Below, piece after piece: positions 21,837 through 31,073 of a stretch of DNA of 64,000 nucleotides. The notes beneath the pieces are model-generated. The model was not told the DNA's origin. It saw only the letters and a list, made by a program, of their open reading frames with translations, and made no database searches. Positions within the stretch are counted from its first letter, which is position 1; each line of letters opens with the position of its first letter. The position numbers were made by a program, and so were the translations under genes. Source of the DNA: Bacteroidales bacterium (GTDB lineage Bacteria; Bacteroidota; Bacteroidia; Bacteroidales; UBA7960). The stretch covers positions 11,007-75,006 of the forward strand of contig JAVIYP010000003.1 in NCBI GenBank assembly GCA_031323845.1, read 5' to 3'.

Positions 21837-22493
21837 TTAAAACTCACCCTGCCTGTTAAAAACGTATTGCAAGATATTTGCTCCCATTTGCAGCGCCTTC
21901 AGCCGCACCTCTTCTGGATTTCCGTGAACGGCCTGATCTTCCCACCCGTTGCCCAGGTCTATTTCATAAGTATAATACAGTACAAGGCGTCCGTCGTAAA
22001 AAATTCCGAAACCCTGCGGAGGCTTTCCGTCATGCTCATGAATTTTTGGCGGGCCATCAGGAAACGAAAAGGACTGATGATATATGGGGTGGGAGAAGGG
22101 CAACTCAATAAGTTCATGGTCCGGGAAAATTTTTTTCAATTCTCTGCGGAAGTAGGGATCAAGGCCATAATTGTCGTCAACATGCAGAAAACCGCCACCT
22201 GTAAGGTAATTTCGGATGTTCTGCGCCTCCTGCGCGGAAAAAACCACATTGCCATGCCCTGTCATGTAAACAAAAGGGTAATTGAACAGCTGGGAGCTCC
22301 CTGCCTCTACGGTGGCGATGTGCTGACTTATCGTGGTGCCAATGTGTTCGTTGGCAAAACGCACAAGGTTGGGCAGGGCCGTCGGATTGGAATACCAGTC
22401 GCCACCACCGCGATACTTAAGCGTGGCTATCTGGTAGTGCTGCGCCTGAATGCCCATTGGCAGAAAAAAGAGTAGGATCAGGATAATTTTCAT
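21837..22493 (-). CDS. DUF4159 domain protein (secreted)
   Basis: It has a signal peptide, MKIILILLFFLPMGIQAQ, followed by ATLKYRGGGDWYSNPTALPNL, which is typical of DUF4159. Confidence 0.6.
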   Translation of the reverse strand: MKIILILLFFLPMGIQAQHYQIATLKYRGGGDWYSNPTALPNLVRFANEHIGTTISQHIATVEAGSSQLFNYPFVYMTGHGNVVFSAQEAQNIRNYLTGGGFLHVDDNYGLDPYFRRELKKIFPDHELIELPFSHPIYHQSFSFPDGPPKIHEHDGKPPQGFGIFYDGRLVLYYTYEIDLGNGWEDQAVHGNPEEVRLKALQMGANILQYVFNRQGEF

Positions 22494-22519
22494 GAGTTAA
22501 TAATAACTTAGGTACTTTA

Positions 22520-22890
22520 TTGTCTGTGTTATGATTGAATTTGCAGATGTGCAAATGTGCAGATGTGCAAATGTGCAGATATGCCATGTTTGCAGAAATT
22601 TTTCACTTTTCATTTTTCATTTTTCACTTTATTAGCTTTTGGCCTTTGGCTTTTAGCAAGAAGATCTGAAACGAGCTTCCGCCTTCGAGCTATCTTGTTT
22701 CCTTCGGGCTCCTAATCCTTCAAAAAGAAAAAACCAACAAATAAACGATTAAACGATTAAACGATTCAACAATAGTTTTCTGACTTCTGACCTCTGGCCT
22801 TCGACTTCAGACTTCCTGGCAGATTTCTCACTACGTTCGAAATAAACCTCTTCCCGGGAGATCATGATCTACGAAATGCTCATTTCATGA
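22520..22890 (+). repeat. Full-length mosaic intergenic element made of five different short tandem-repeat blocks
   Basis: There are five repeat blocks. GCAGATGT-type x5 lies at 22543-22585, with an 8-nt period. TTTTCAC/T x4 lies at 22599-22630 and CTTTTGG/CCTTTGG/CTTTTAG at 22636-22656, both with a 7-nt period. AAACGATT x3 lies at 22743-22766 (8 nt). TTCTGAC-type x5 lies at 22778-22816 (7 nt). The element is flanked by promoter-module-like sequence at both ends. Confidence 0.9.
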
Positions 22891-22891
22891 A

Positions 22892-23599
22892 CTACAAAAG
22901 CCCGTTCGCGGTGTTCCACTGGATACAAAGCGCCAGGGCTGCCGTCTCGGTTCTTAAACGGTGAGCCCCCATGCTTATTGCCTTAAAACCACGATCCTGG
23001 GCCGCTGCAATTTCCGCTGCTGTAAAATCTCCTTCCGGCCCGACAAGTACCAGGGTGTTCCTGCCCGGCTCGCAGCTTTCTGACGTGCTGAACTTTTCGC
23101 CGCCGGCACAATGGGCGATCAGCGCAACTTCCGGCAATGGCTGACTGATAAACTCCGCCAGTGTATGCGCCGGGTTCAGCTTCGGCAGGTAAGCCCGGAG
23201 CGATTGTTTCATGGCCGCCACCATTATTTTTTCCAGCCGATGGGTTTTAAGCACACGCCGTTCGCTCTTTTCACAGATCAAAGGTGTGATTTCGTCCACC
23301 CCGCATTCCGTTGCCTTCTCCAGAAACCACTCAAAACGGTCGATGTTTTTGGTGGGTGCTACTGCAATATGAAGGTGAAAAGGCCTTTTTCCGAAGCCTT
23401 CCTGCCTGTGAACGATGGTTGCGGTAGTTTCCGCCGGGTGTACCTCAAGAAGGTGTGCCCTGCACCAGGTACCCCTTCCGTCAACAATACCGATCTCATC
23501 CCCGGGCTTCATACGCAACACCCGTGTGCAATGCCTGCTTTCATCGCCATCAAGGGTAATCACATCCCCGCTCAGATCCTTAACATAGAAAAGATGCAT
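22892..23599 (-). CDS. rsmE: 16S rRNA (uracil1498-N3)-methyltransferase
   Basis: It has a PUA-like N-terminus with the DGDESRHCTRVLRMKPGD motif and a SPOUT C-terminal domain with LVLVGPEGDFTAAE. Confidence 0.85.
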   Translation of the reverse strand: MHLFYVKDLSGDVITLDGDESRHCTRVLRMKPGDEIGIVDGRGTWCRAHLLEVHPAETTATIVHRQEGFGKRPFHLHIAVAPTKNIDRFEWFLEKATECGVDEITPLICEKSERRVLKTHRLEKIMVAAMKQSLRAYLPKLNPAHTLAEFISQPLPEVALIAHCAGGEKFSTSESCEPGRNTLVLVGPEGDFTAAEIAAAQDRGFKAISMGAHRLRTETAALALCIQWNTANGLL

Positions 23600-23609
23600 G
23601 ATGCTCCGG

Positions 23610-24737
23610 TTATATATTATTCTCTGACTGCAACAAACCTTCTGCGTAAAGCTCCCGCAGCACGATCTCCGTCATTTCGCTCTGGAATGGAAACTCGTAC
23701 CGCACATCCATTACATAGGCCTTGAGCCGCATCTTCAAAAATGAGCCTTTGGGTACAAGCACGTTACTGAATTCCACCATGATGGGTTTGTTCAGGTAAA
23801 CATATTTCGACACCTGTGCGGCCTCAGTGGCTATGCGCCTCACATGTTTGGTGTCAATGCCCAGTGGAAGGAACAGCTCGGCCACCACCTGGCAGTTGTT
23901 TTCACCAAAATTTGCGTTTGAAATGGACTGGTTCATCATTTCTGAATTCGGAATGGTTACCACACTGTCGTCAGGCGTAACCACACGGGTTGACCTGAGT
24001 CCGATCTCAAGCACCTCTCCGTAGTACTTTCCGGATTCAATTTTATCACCGATCTGAAACGGTTTGTCCACAAGGATCATCAGACCCCCGAAAATATTTT
24101 TGAGGAAATCCTGTGAAGCGAAACCTATGGCCACACCAATAGAGGCAAAGAAAGCGAATACGGTTTCAACAGGCGGCTGCAGGATAAGGGTGATGATGAT
24201 ATACACCACGAATGACCACCCGATGATCTTTACCAGGGGCATGATACGCCTTATAGTGATCTTGTACCTTGGATGCCGGAGGGCAAACAGTGAAAAAATA
24301 CCTGCGATGGCCTTTATAACGAAGTATCCTGCCAGGAGAAAAACCACCGTCCATAAAATTTTGCTCAGCGAAATGGCACTCCTCAAATCCGGTGGCTGGG
24401 TTATTTCGTCACGCAGACGTGGCGACCCGTTTCTGCCGGCTTCCGCCAGTTCCCCGTCGCCCGCCTCATAGTCGCTGTCGGGCAGTTTTTCTTTATCGCC
24501 GTTCGCTTCTTCAGCCGGCTGATCAGGCTTTTGATTTCCGGCGTTTGTGCCGGTGTCTGCCGGTAACACATCCGAAGTCATATTGACAGAAAGGGTATCA
24601 TCAGCCACCGAAGCCCGGCTGAACAATTGAGCGGTGTGCAGGCAGAACAGCATGCACAGCAACAAAGACAGCATCATGGCCGGCACTCTTTTGCCGGAAC
24701 TTTTTCCTATCATGAAACAAGTTGTTTCGGTCTTCAT
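23610..24737 (-). CDS. Mechanosensitive ion channel (MscS) family protein
   Basis: It has a signal/TM N-terminus, TM helices, and the MscS beta-domain motif GDKIESGKYYGEVLEIGLRSTRVVTPDDSVVTIPNSEM. Confidence 0.85.
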   Translation of the reverse strand: MKTETTCFMIGKSSGKRVPAMMLSLLLCMLFCLHTAQLFSRASVADDTLSVNMTSDVLPADTGTNAGNQKPDQPAEEANGDKEKLPDSDYEAGDGELAEAGRNGSPRLRDEITQPPDLRSAISLSKILWTVVFLLAGYFVIKAIAGIFSLFALRHPRYKITIRRIMPLVKIIGWSFVVYIIITLILQPPVETVFAFFASIGVAIGFASQDFLKNIFGGLMILVDKPFQIGDKIESGKYYGEVLEIGLRSTRVVTPDDSVVTIPNSEMMNQSISNANFGENNCQVVAELFLPLGIDTKHVRRIATEAAQVSKYVYLNKPIMVEFSNVLVPKGSFLKMRLKAYVMDVRYEFPFQSEMTEIVLRELYAEGLLQSENNI

Positions 24738-24767
24738 GATCTTATATAATTAGTTGCGTGTTATGTT

Positions 24768-27700
24768 TCAGTATATCAGATTCTTATCAAGCAATAGCGC
24801 CAGGCTTTGCCGGTACAGCAGGGGATGGATGCTGAACATGCCGTTGTTCTGTGTGATGATGCCGCGGTCCTTCAAACGCATCATCATCATAAATGCCTGT
24901 GCCTTACCTGTATTCATGATGTGTGCAAGCTCCTCTTCATTCAGGATCTCATGCAGTACAAGCGCGTGCAGCCCGAAGATGACCTCATCGGGCAGGTTGT
25001 AGATAAAACTCAGGTCAAGCGTGTCGAGCGAGTTCATGTACACCACATTTTCCTCCACTTTACTGCTGCTGTGCAACCAGAGCTGAAGGGCAAAGGAGAT
25101 GTTCGACTGTGACAGACCATGTATTTTTTCAAAAAACTTTTCTCTCAGATGTAGTTGTTGTTCTTCCTCCGGCTTTTTGAGGAAGTTTCGGAGTTGCTGA
25201 TCTTCTTTTGAAGGAAGAAAATGCAGTTTGTAGCCGCTGGCATTATGCCTGAGCATGATGATCTTCCGGACTTTCTCTGTTTCAAGGCTTTTCATTTTGA
25301 TGAGCTGGGGGAAATAGCCGAACATACCGATCGCCTTGTCAAGAAAGGTGGCGGCATACAATCCGCAGCTGCACATCCAGAACACCTGTTTGCTTGTGGC
25401 ACTGATGATCTCAAAAAGACGTTTCAGCAGTTGAAATCCCGCCGGCTGCCTCATGTAGAATAAATGCAGCTTGTCAACAAAAAGTACAAAAGGTGCGTTC
25501 TCCTCAACAAAAGCAAGGAACTCATCATAACCGGCAAAAGCCTGACCTCTCAAACTGTTTCCCAATAATTCAAAAAGCTGTTCTTCAGACTTCAGGCGTT
25601 TTTCAGGCAGGCATTGATAATACGAAGTGTCATCTTTCAGTGTTTCTGCAGAGAACATGTGCACAAAGGTGCTGATCCCGCTGCCTTTTTCTCCGTAAAT
25701 CAGGGTTGCGGTAAATGAGCCCTCCTGCCATTTTTTGTAGGCATTGATGAGCATGTCCTTTTCTGTTTTCCTCGGAAAATAAAAAGCTGCATCGTCCAGC
25801 GGTTCATTGACAAACAGCCTCCGGTAAACAAAGGGCAGCTTTTGTATCCTGTCGTGATCACTGGCCAGAAAGTCCGACACTTCTATGGAAATGTCTTTCG
25901 AAAGCTTTTGCAGTCCCACGTAAGAACGCAGGACATTAATCATGGAGATCGACTTTTTCAGGCCCGCCCTGAAGAATACACGGCTTTTTTGCAGCGCGGT
26001 TTTTAAGACGGTTTTTATGGCAATGAGCACACGCTCCCTGTTTTTCAGGGCTTTTGTCCGCAGGATCCGGTATCTGATTTTTTCGACATGCGAATTGTCC
26101 GTGAGTTTTAGAAGTGCATCGTAGAGTTGACTGACGGTGTCGTCCACATCCTGTTGTATGGCCTCTATAAAATCGGTAAACCTTGCCGACAGTTCTTCAT
26201 AGGTGTCAAGGGCTCTCTGTATCCCTGCTTTGGCTTCGGAAGCCAGTTCCTCCAGACCTGTGTCCTTTTGCTTCTCAGGCATGAGTAAAGCCGACTCCAC
26301 ATTAAACAGCACCATACGGCCGAGGTCCTGAAAACGCTCATCCAGGCTGTTCAGCTCCCCGATGCTTTTCATCCTGCACTGGATGATTGATTTGTTAAGG
26401 CCTCCGGCAATTTCAAATTCAATCAGCCGCCGCAGCGATATCCCTTCAAGTGCCTTATCTGCATAGGCCTTTCCGGGGTCAAAATCGCGTATCAATATCC
26501 GCTTCCTCGATTGAAGCGACAGCGCCTCACAAAGCTCGTCCTTAACACCGGTGATAAGCTCGGGAAACTCCTGCGCCACCATGCTTCGGCTCACCTCAGG
26601 AATGATGATGTTGTGTAAATTTTTTCCGGCACTATACTTAAGAGTCTGAAGCTCTTTAGTCAACGTGTCGGGATCGCTCCCGTGGATGTCTTTTTGCGAT
26701 GCTGTAAGAAAGCGTTTTATGCGCAGCATTGCCTGGCTTACCGCTTTTTTCTTATCCTGGAGCCTGTTTTGAAAAACAAGGTTGATCAGCGCAGCATTGC
26801 CGGTCAGGATGTAGGCCTCCTGGTTGAACTTCCAGTCGTCGGCCAGAACGAAAAGGGTGTTTAACCTGCGGTTAACAGCAGTTACGTACCTCCTGCGGAT
26901 TTTTTTTCGCCGGTGTTTGCGGTAAACCTCCGGACGTAATACGGCGGGCGACTCAAGTGTGCCAGCAATTTCAACCTGTTGTTCAAACAGTTTGTCAGTT
27001 GTGCGCAGTGCTTCCTTCAGGGACGGCCTGAGCTCTCTCCGGGCGGCTTCAATCTTTTCTTTGGTGGCATGAATGGCCGGGATGAGCTCCTCCCTGAACG
27101 TGCTGGTTACCTCTGCCTTTTGCTTGTTACGGTTGATGAGGTCCATAATGAGCCTGAAAAACCGCTCATCAGCCTGCCAGAGTTCGTTGGCCAGCAGTGT
27201 CAGGGTCTTCATGGCGTCATCGGCAACAGGTGCAAAGAGTGAGAACAGCCTGTTCTCATAGTAACGAAGCGTTAAGGAGCGCGCCGGGATCTTTTGTCTC
27301 CAAACCGGCGGTTGTTTTTCCTTTTTTCCAAGTTTTGTCCTGACCCACTTTCCCAACAGGTAATATCGCCGGTGAAGCGCATAAGAGCCGCGTTTCAGCG
27401 CCTTTATAAACACCGTGGAGCGAGAATCGCCCGGCAATTTCCGAAAGCGCTCCTCTGCCTGTGCGGTAAACCAAAAGGCTTCCATGTCGTGACAAAATGC
27501 AGCAATCTTGTCATCAAAATCTGAGAATAAAGTCTCCGGGGTGTGTTTTTCACGATGGCTCATCCAGCTTTCCAGCAAGGCCAGGATGCTTTTCCTGTGC
27601 TCCAGGTGGTCATTTATGAAACCTGTCTCCGTGCCGGGTGACCGGTAGTCTTCGAGTTTGTCAATCAGGTGTGTTGCTGACTCTTCGTATGCCTCAAGCA

Positions 27701-27803
27701 ATGTTATCAGCGCTTTGAACCTATGGTCCAAAGGCTTCAGCAATGTGCCCGGAAGAAGATTATGCAGCTGCTCTTTGTGGGCTTTCAGCGTTTCCTGTAT
27801 CAT
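24768..27803 (-). CDS. Hypothetical 1011-aa protein with a long helical N-terminal region, a degenerate Orc1/Cdc6-like AAA+ module and a C-terminal winged-helix-like domain
   Basis: TLIYGEKGSGISTFV is P-loop-like but has Ile where the Lys is expected. FVLFVDKLHLF is Walker B-like but has Lys where the Glu is expected. The C-terminal NEEELAHIMNTGKAQAFMMMMRLKDRGIITQNNGMF looks like a wHTH. I recognise no motif in the first ~650 aa. Confidence 0.5.
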   Translation of the reverse strand: MIQETLKAHKEQLHNLLPGTLLKPLDHRFKALITLLEAYEESATHLIDKLEDYRSPGTETGFINDHLEHRKSILALLESWMSHREKHTPETLFSDFDDKIAAFCHDMEAFWFTAQAEERFRKLPGDSRSTVFIKALKRGSYALHRRYYLLGKWVRTKLGKKEKQPPVWRQKIPARSLTLRYYENRLFSLFAPVADDAMKTLTLLANELWQADERFFRLIMDLINRNKQKAEVTSTFREELIPAIHATKEKIEAARRELRPSLKEALRTTDKLFEQQVEIAGTLESPAVLRPEVYRKHRRKKIRRRYVTAVNRRLNTLFVLADDWKFNQEAYILTGNAALINLVFQNRLQDKKKAVSQAMLRIKRFLTASQKDIHGSDPDTLTKELQTLKYSAGKNLHNIIIPEVSRSMVAQEFPELITGVKDELCEALSLQSRKRILIRDFDPGKAYADKALEGISLRRLIEFEIAGGLNKSIIQCRMKSIGELNSLDERFQDLGRMVLFNVESALLMPEKQKDTGLEELASEAKAGIQRALDTYEELSARFTDFIEAIQQDVDDTVSQLYDALLKLTDNSHVEKIRYRILRTKALKNRERVLIAIKTVLKTALQKSRVFFRAGLKKSISMINVLRSYVGLQKLSKDISIEVSDFLASDHDRIQKLPFVYRRLFVNEPLDDAAFYFPRKTEKDMLINAYKKWQEGSFTATLIYGEKGSGISTFVHMFSAETLKDDTSYYQCLPEKRLKSEEQLFELLGNSLRGQAFAGYDEFLAFVEENAPFVLFVDKLHLFYMRQPAGFQLLKRLFEIISATSKQVFWMCSCGLYAATFLDKAIGMFGYFPQLIKMKSLETEKVRKIIMLRHNASGYKLHFLPSKEDQQLRNFLKKPEEEQQLHLREKFFEKIHGLSQSNISFALQLWLHSSSKVEENVVYMNSLDTLDLSFIYNLPDEVIFGLHALVLHEILNEEELAHIMNTGKAQAFMMMMRLKDRGIITQNNGMFSIHPLLYRQSLALLLDKNLIY

Positions 27804-28031
27804 TCGAATACGATTATTTATGGTGAAGCAAGATAAGAAAAAAAGTTCAGGTGGATCATCCCTGTTTCAATGCTTTTTTTACCGGTCCGGAACCTGGCTT
27901 TTTCAACTCAGTACCATGTTTTCTAACCTGACCAAGACGACGCGCATTAGTTCTTCCTTGCCGTCCAGGAATTTCTGCGACTATGCTGCATGGCATTCTG
28001 AACATGATATCAAAGCATACTCAGGCGCAGG

Positions 28032-29351
28032 TTATTTTTCGACTATGGCTTCCAGCGGATACCTGCGCTTCGACCACCACATGATGCCGCTGCCGATCAG
28101 TAAGCTGATGATGGAGATGGTGAAAGCTGTGGTAAATCCCCAGATCTCATAGAACACAACCCCGATAACCGGTGCAAAAACAGCACGGATGGCCGTAAGC
28201 CCAAGGTGTATTGATTGATACATCCCGGCTTCTTCGGGTGTGCAGAAGTAGGCTGACCCTATGCTCCAGCTGAGCGCCATGGTGGCGGCAAAAACACTGT
28301 GAAACAAAATGTAAAAGATCATGGTGTGGTAAAACGTGATGTCCCAGAACACAACATAGCTGTCAATATACTGTGTGAGGATCAGGGTAAACAAATACAA
28401 CGCCATGGCCAGGAACGACACTATGGAAAACTGCCGGGGATCAATGCGCCCGATAAGCCTGCCGAAGTAAGGCAGCATAAGGATGGCCAGCAGGTTGTAA
28501 GCATTTCGGTAAAAGGCAACACTGGAGTAGTTGAGCCCCAGACCGAACTCCCAGAACAGGATCATCACCGTAAAGGAGCTCATAAAGCCAAAACCGTAAA
28601 ACATGAATCCGGCCTGAAAATGGCGGTAAGGAACGTTCCTGATCAGTATCGCCTTCATCTCATTGACCGATTGTTTTATTCCTTCCCACACCGAATATCG
28701 TTTTTCATCAGGGATGCTTTTGTCCTGGTACGGAATGAGCGAGAGGAGAGAGATGGAAAGCATTCCCAGCAACGCTGCCACGGGGAAGATATACACAAAA
28801 ATGTAATGATTGGCATCCAGCGCCCAACCATAGGCAAAGGTCGTGATCATCAGCACCACCTTGTGTGCTGTGGTGGCTATACTATAAAGCCTGCCGAAGT
28901 TTTGGTGCGCGTAATTGTTTTTTAAGAAGAGGTTAATGCTTGGAAAAACAACCGGGTTGGCCAGGAAATATATCAGGAATATGGCCAGAAATATATAGTG
29001 GTAGATCGAGTCGCCACCCAGTTGTTCCGGACTGCGTGGAAACAGAAACAGCAGCAGCAGGGGCAGACGGGTAATTAGCGCCGTTCTCCGCAGCAGCCTT
29101 TTCTTGTTTTTTATCCTTTTCAGGAAGGTGTTAAAGAATACCAGCAATAAAAAAACCAGTGTGGCAAACTGAAACAGCATGCTTACCTGGTAGCTGGAAC
29201 CCATCAGGCTCTTTACAAAAACAAATTCGTTGAGTGCAATCAGACCGGCCAGTATGCCTTCAATGACCGAATAGGAAAAGTGCAGGGCAAAGGTTTTCCG
29301 CTCCCTGTTATCGAGTTGTGACAGACGAAATATATCTTTTCCCAAAGGCAT
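28032..29351 (-). CDS. MFS transporter
   Basis: It has about 12 hydrophobic segments in two halves. I prefer the ATG at 29351 (MPLGKDIF) over the GTG at 29450, because a -7 box lies at 29378-29385 inside the longer ORF. Confidence 0.7.
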   Translation of the reverse strand: MPLGKDIFRLSQLDNRERKTFALHFSYSVIEGILAGLIALNEFVFVKSLMGSSYQVSMLFQFATLVFLLLVFFNTFLKRIKNKKRLLRRTALITRLPLLLLFLFPRSPEQLGGDSIYHYIFLAIFLIYFLANPVVFPSINLFLKNNYAHQNFGRLYSIATTAHKVVLMITTFAYGWALDANHYIFVYIFPVAALLGMLSISLLSLIPYQDKSIPDEKRYSVWEGIKQSVNEMKAILIRNVPYRHFQAGFMFYGFGFMSSFTVMILFWEFGLGLNYSSVAFYRNAYNLLAILMLPYFGRLIGRIDPRQFSIVSFLAMALYLFTLILTQYIDSYVVFWDITFYHTMIFYILFHSVFAATMALSWSIGSAYFCTPEEAGMYQSIHLGLTAIRAVFAPVIGVVFYEIWGFTTAFTISIISLLIGSGIMWWSKRRYPLEAIVEK

Positions 29352-29377
29352 CTTGCAACAACTTATGGTTGACCCTG

Positions 29378-29385
29378 CAAAGTTA
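29378..29385 (-). promoter_or_regulatory. -7 promoter box TAACTTTG upstream of the MFS gene
   Basis: The reverse complement of CAAAGTTA matches TAnnTTTG. It lies 26 nt upstream of the ATG at 29351. Confidence 0.45.
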
Positions 29386-29467
29386 CACGTCTGAGTCAGG
29401 ATTTGATGGAATTCCGGCTCAGGGCATTCAAAAAAACACTTTTTCAGCACACAGGCGCATGATCATG

Positions 29468-29532
29468 GAAGTCGGAGGCCGGAAAATTATTGTTGAATCG
29501 TTTATTTGTTGAATCGTTTGATCGTTGGTTGG
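29468..29532 (-). repeat. Mosaic element fragment (TTCTGAC-type and AAACGATT-type blocks, inverted)
   Basis: GGAAGTCGGAGGCCGGAAAATTATTGTTGAATCGTTTATTTGTTGAATCGTTTGATCGTTGGTTGG is collinear with the reverse complement of 22735-22816 but has fewer repeat units. Confidence 0.8.
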
Positions 29533-29646
29533 GCTGCCGGCATCCTGCGAGCTTGCTGCTTCATGCAAAACAAAGGAAGTAATGAAGATGTTTCAGGATA
29601 TTTAAAAAAAAGCGTATTTTTATGGGATTGCAAAAATGGAAAAACT

Positions 29647-31059
29647 ATGAAAAAACTATGCTTCTTATTAATGGTCATTGCTCTCGCTTCCTGCAGCATG
29701 CCGGGTCCCGGAACGGTAACGGTCACGGGGGTTGTTGAAAACCCGACAGGCACGGAGGTAGAGGTCTTTTACTATAAGGATTTCATTACCAACTCCATGG
29801 AAAAGCTTGTTGTGTCTCTCGATGAACACAATGCCTTCTCCGCTACCCTGCCTCTGACGCAAGCTGAATTCGTGTACGTCAGCATTCCGCGGCGCACCTT
29901 CATGCTGTATTTGAAGCCGGGTGCAAAAACGCACATGTTGTTTGATGCCTCCGACCCGGAAAACATCCCTGTTGTCAGCGGTGATTTTGAAAAGGAAAAC
30001 AGCTTCTTTCTCTCTTACCGCATGCTTGTCGGACAGAAACACTCGCATTCCGATGTTTTTTCGATGATGCAGGAAGCTGAAGAAGCCCTGGAGTTTAAGG
30101 CGTATGTGCAAGGTATTTACGACGAACGAAAGCAATTTTTAACGGAACATCCCTTATATGCTGAACTTGACCGGGATTTTGTCCGTCATTTCGAACTGGA
30201 CATCCTGTATCAAAAGTATTTCTATCTGATGCAGTATGCTTCTGTGCTGGAGTTCCTGTTTGAACCCGATGTCATGCCGGAGTTAACAGATGAGTTTTTT
30301 GCTTTTCTTGATGATGAGAACCTGTTCAGCGACAAACATACCCTTTCACGGCAGTATTACAACTTCCTGAACCATTACCTGCGTTACAAAATGGCCATGC
30401 TTGCCGATGACGACGATGACAGATCGCGCCAGGTCACCCAGTTTGATCTTGCCACAGAGCTGTTTTCCGGCAAAAGTCGTGATCTTGTGCTTGCTGATGT
30501 GGTGATTTCGGCGCTCAGTTTCGGTGATTTTGAGGAAGCGATCGGTCTTTACCGGCGCTTTTCTGACATGCGTCCGTCAGGTGATGTTGCCGCGATTGTC
30601 CTGGCAGAATATACGGCCCATCAGGCATTGGCTCCCGGCAAGCCTGCGCCGGCCTTCACGCTGACTGACATTGACGGACAGGAAGTGTCGCTGGATGATT
30701 TTCTTGGGAAGGTTGTATATCTTGACTTCTGGGCAAGCTGGTGCGGACCTTGCCTGCAACAGATTCCGCATGCCAAAGAGCTGAAGCAGCGTATGGCCGG
30801 CCGTGATGACCTTGTGTTTTTGTACATTTCCGTAGATACCGACCAGCAGGCCTGGCGCAACATGGTTGCCGACCGCGACATCCAGGGCGTGCACCTCAAC
30901 GTGCCCGGCTTCAGCCATGAGGTCCCGCAAAGTTACAACCTGAAAGGCGTACCAACATTTTACCTGATAGGACGGGATGGAAAAATAGCTGATAACCGAC
31001 CGCCCAGGCCAAGCCAGGAACGTATCGATGAGGTATTGATGGCCGCCCTGGAACAATAA
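29647..31059 (+). CDS. TlpA-like thiol:disulfide oxidoreductase lipoprotein with a large N-terminal domain
   Basis: It has the lipoprotein signal MKKLCFLLMVIALASC and a C-terminal thioredoxin fold with WASWCGPC. I chose the start at 29647 rather than the track start at 29506. Confidence 0.8.
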   Translation: MKKLCFLLMVIALASCSMPGPGTVTVTGVVENPTGTEVEVFYYKDFITNSMEKLVVSLDEHNAFSATLPLTQAEFVYVSIPRRTFMLYLKPGAKTHMLFDASDPENIPVVSGDFEKENSFFLSYRMLVGQKHSHSDVFSMMQEAEEALEFKAYVQGIYDERKQFLTEHPLYAELDRDFVRHFELDILYQKYFYLMQYASVLEFLFEPDVMPELTDEFFAFLDDENLFSDKHTLSRQYYNFLNHYLRYKMAMLADDDDDRSRQVTQFDLATELFSGKSRDLVLADVVISALSFGDFEEAIGLYRRFSDMRPSGDVAAIVLAEYTAHQALAPGKPAPAFTLTDIDGQEVSLDDFLGKVVYLDFWASWCGPCLQQIPHAKELKQRMAGRDDLVFLYISVDTDQQAWRNMVADRDIQGVHLNVPGFSHEVPQSYNLKGVPTFYLIGRDGKIADNRPPRPSQERIDEVLMAALEQ

Positions 31060-31073
31060 TTTTCAAAAACCTT

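Noticed and set aside
22543-22816. Possible CRISPR array, considered because of the repeated short units.
   Set aside because: The periods are 7-8 nt with no unique spacers, and the units are contiguous and degenerate. No cas genes are in the window.
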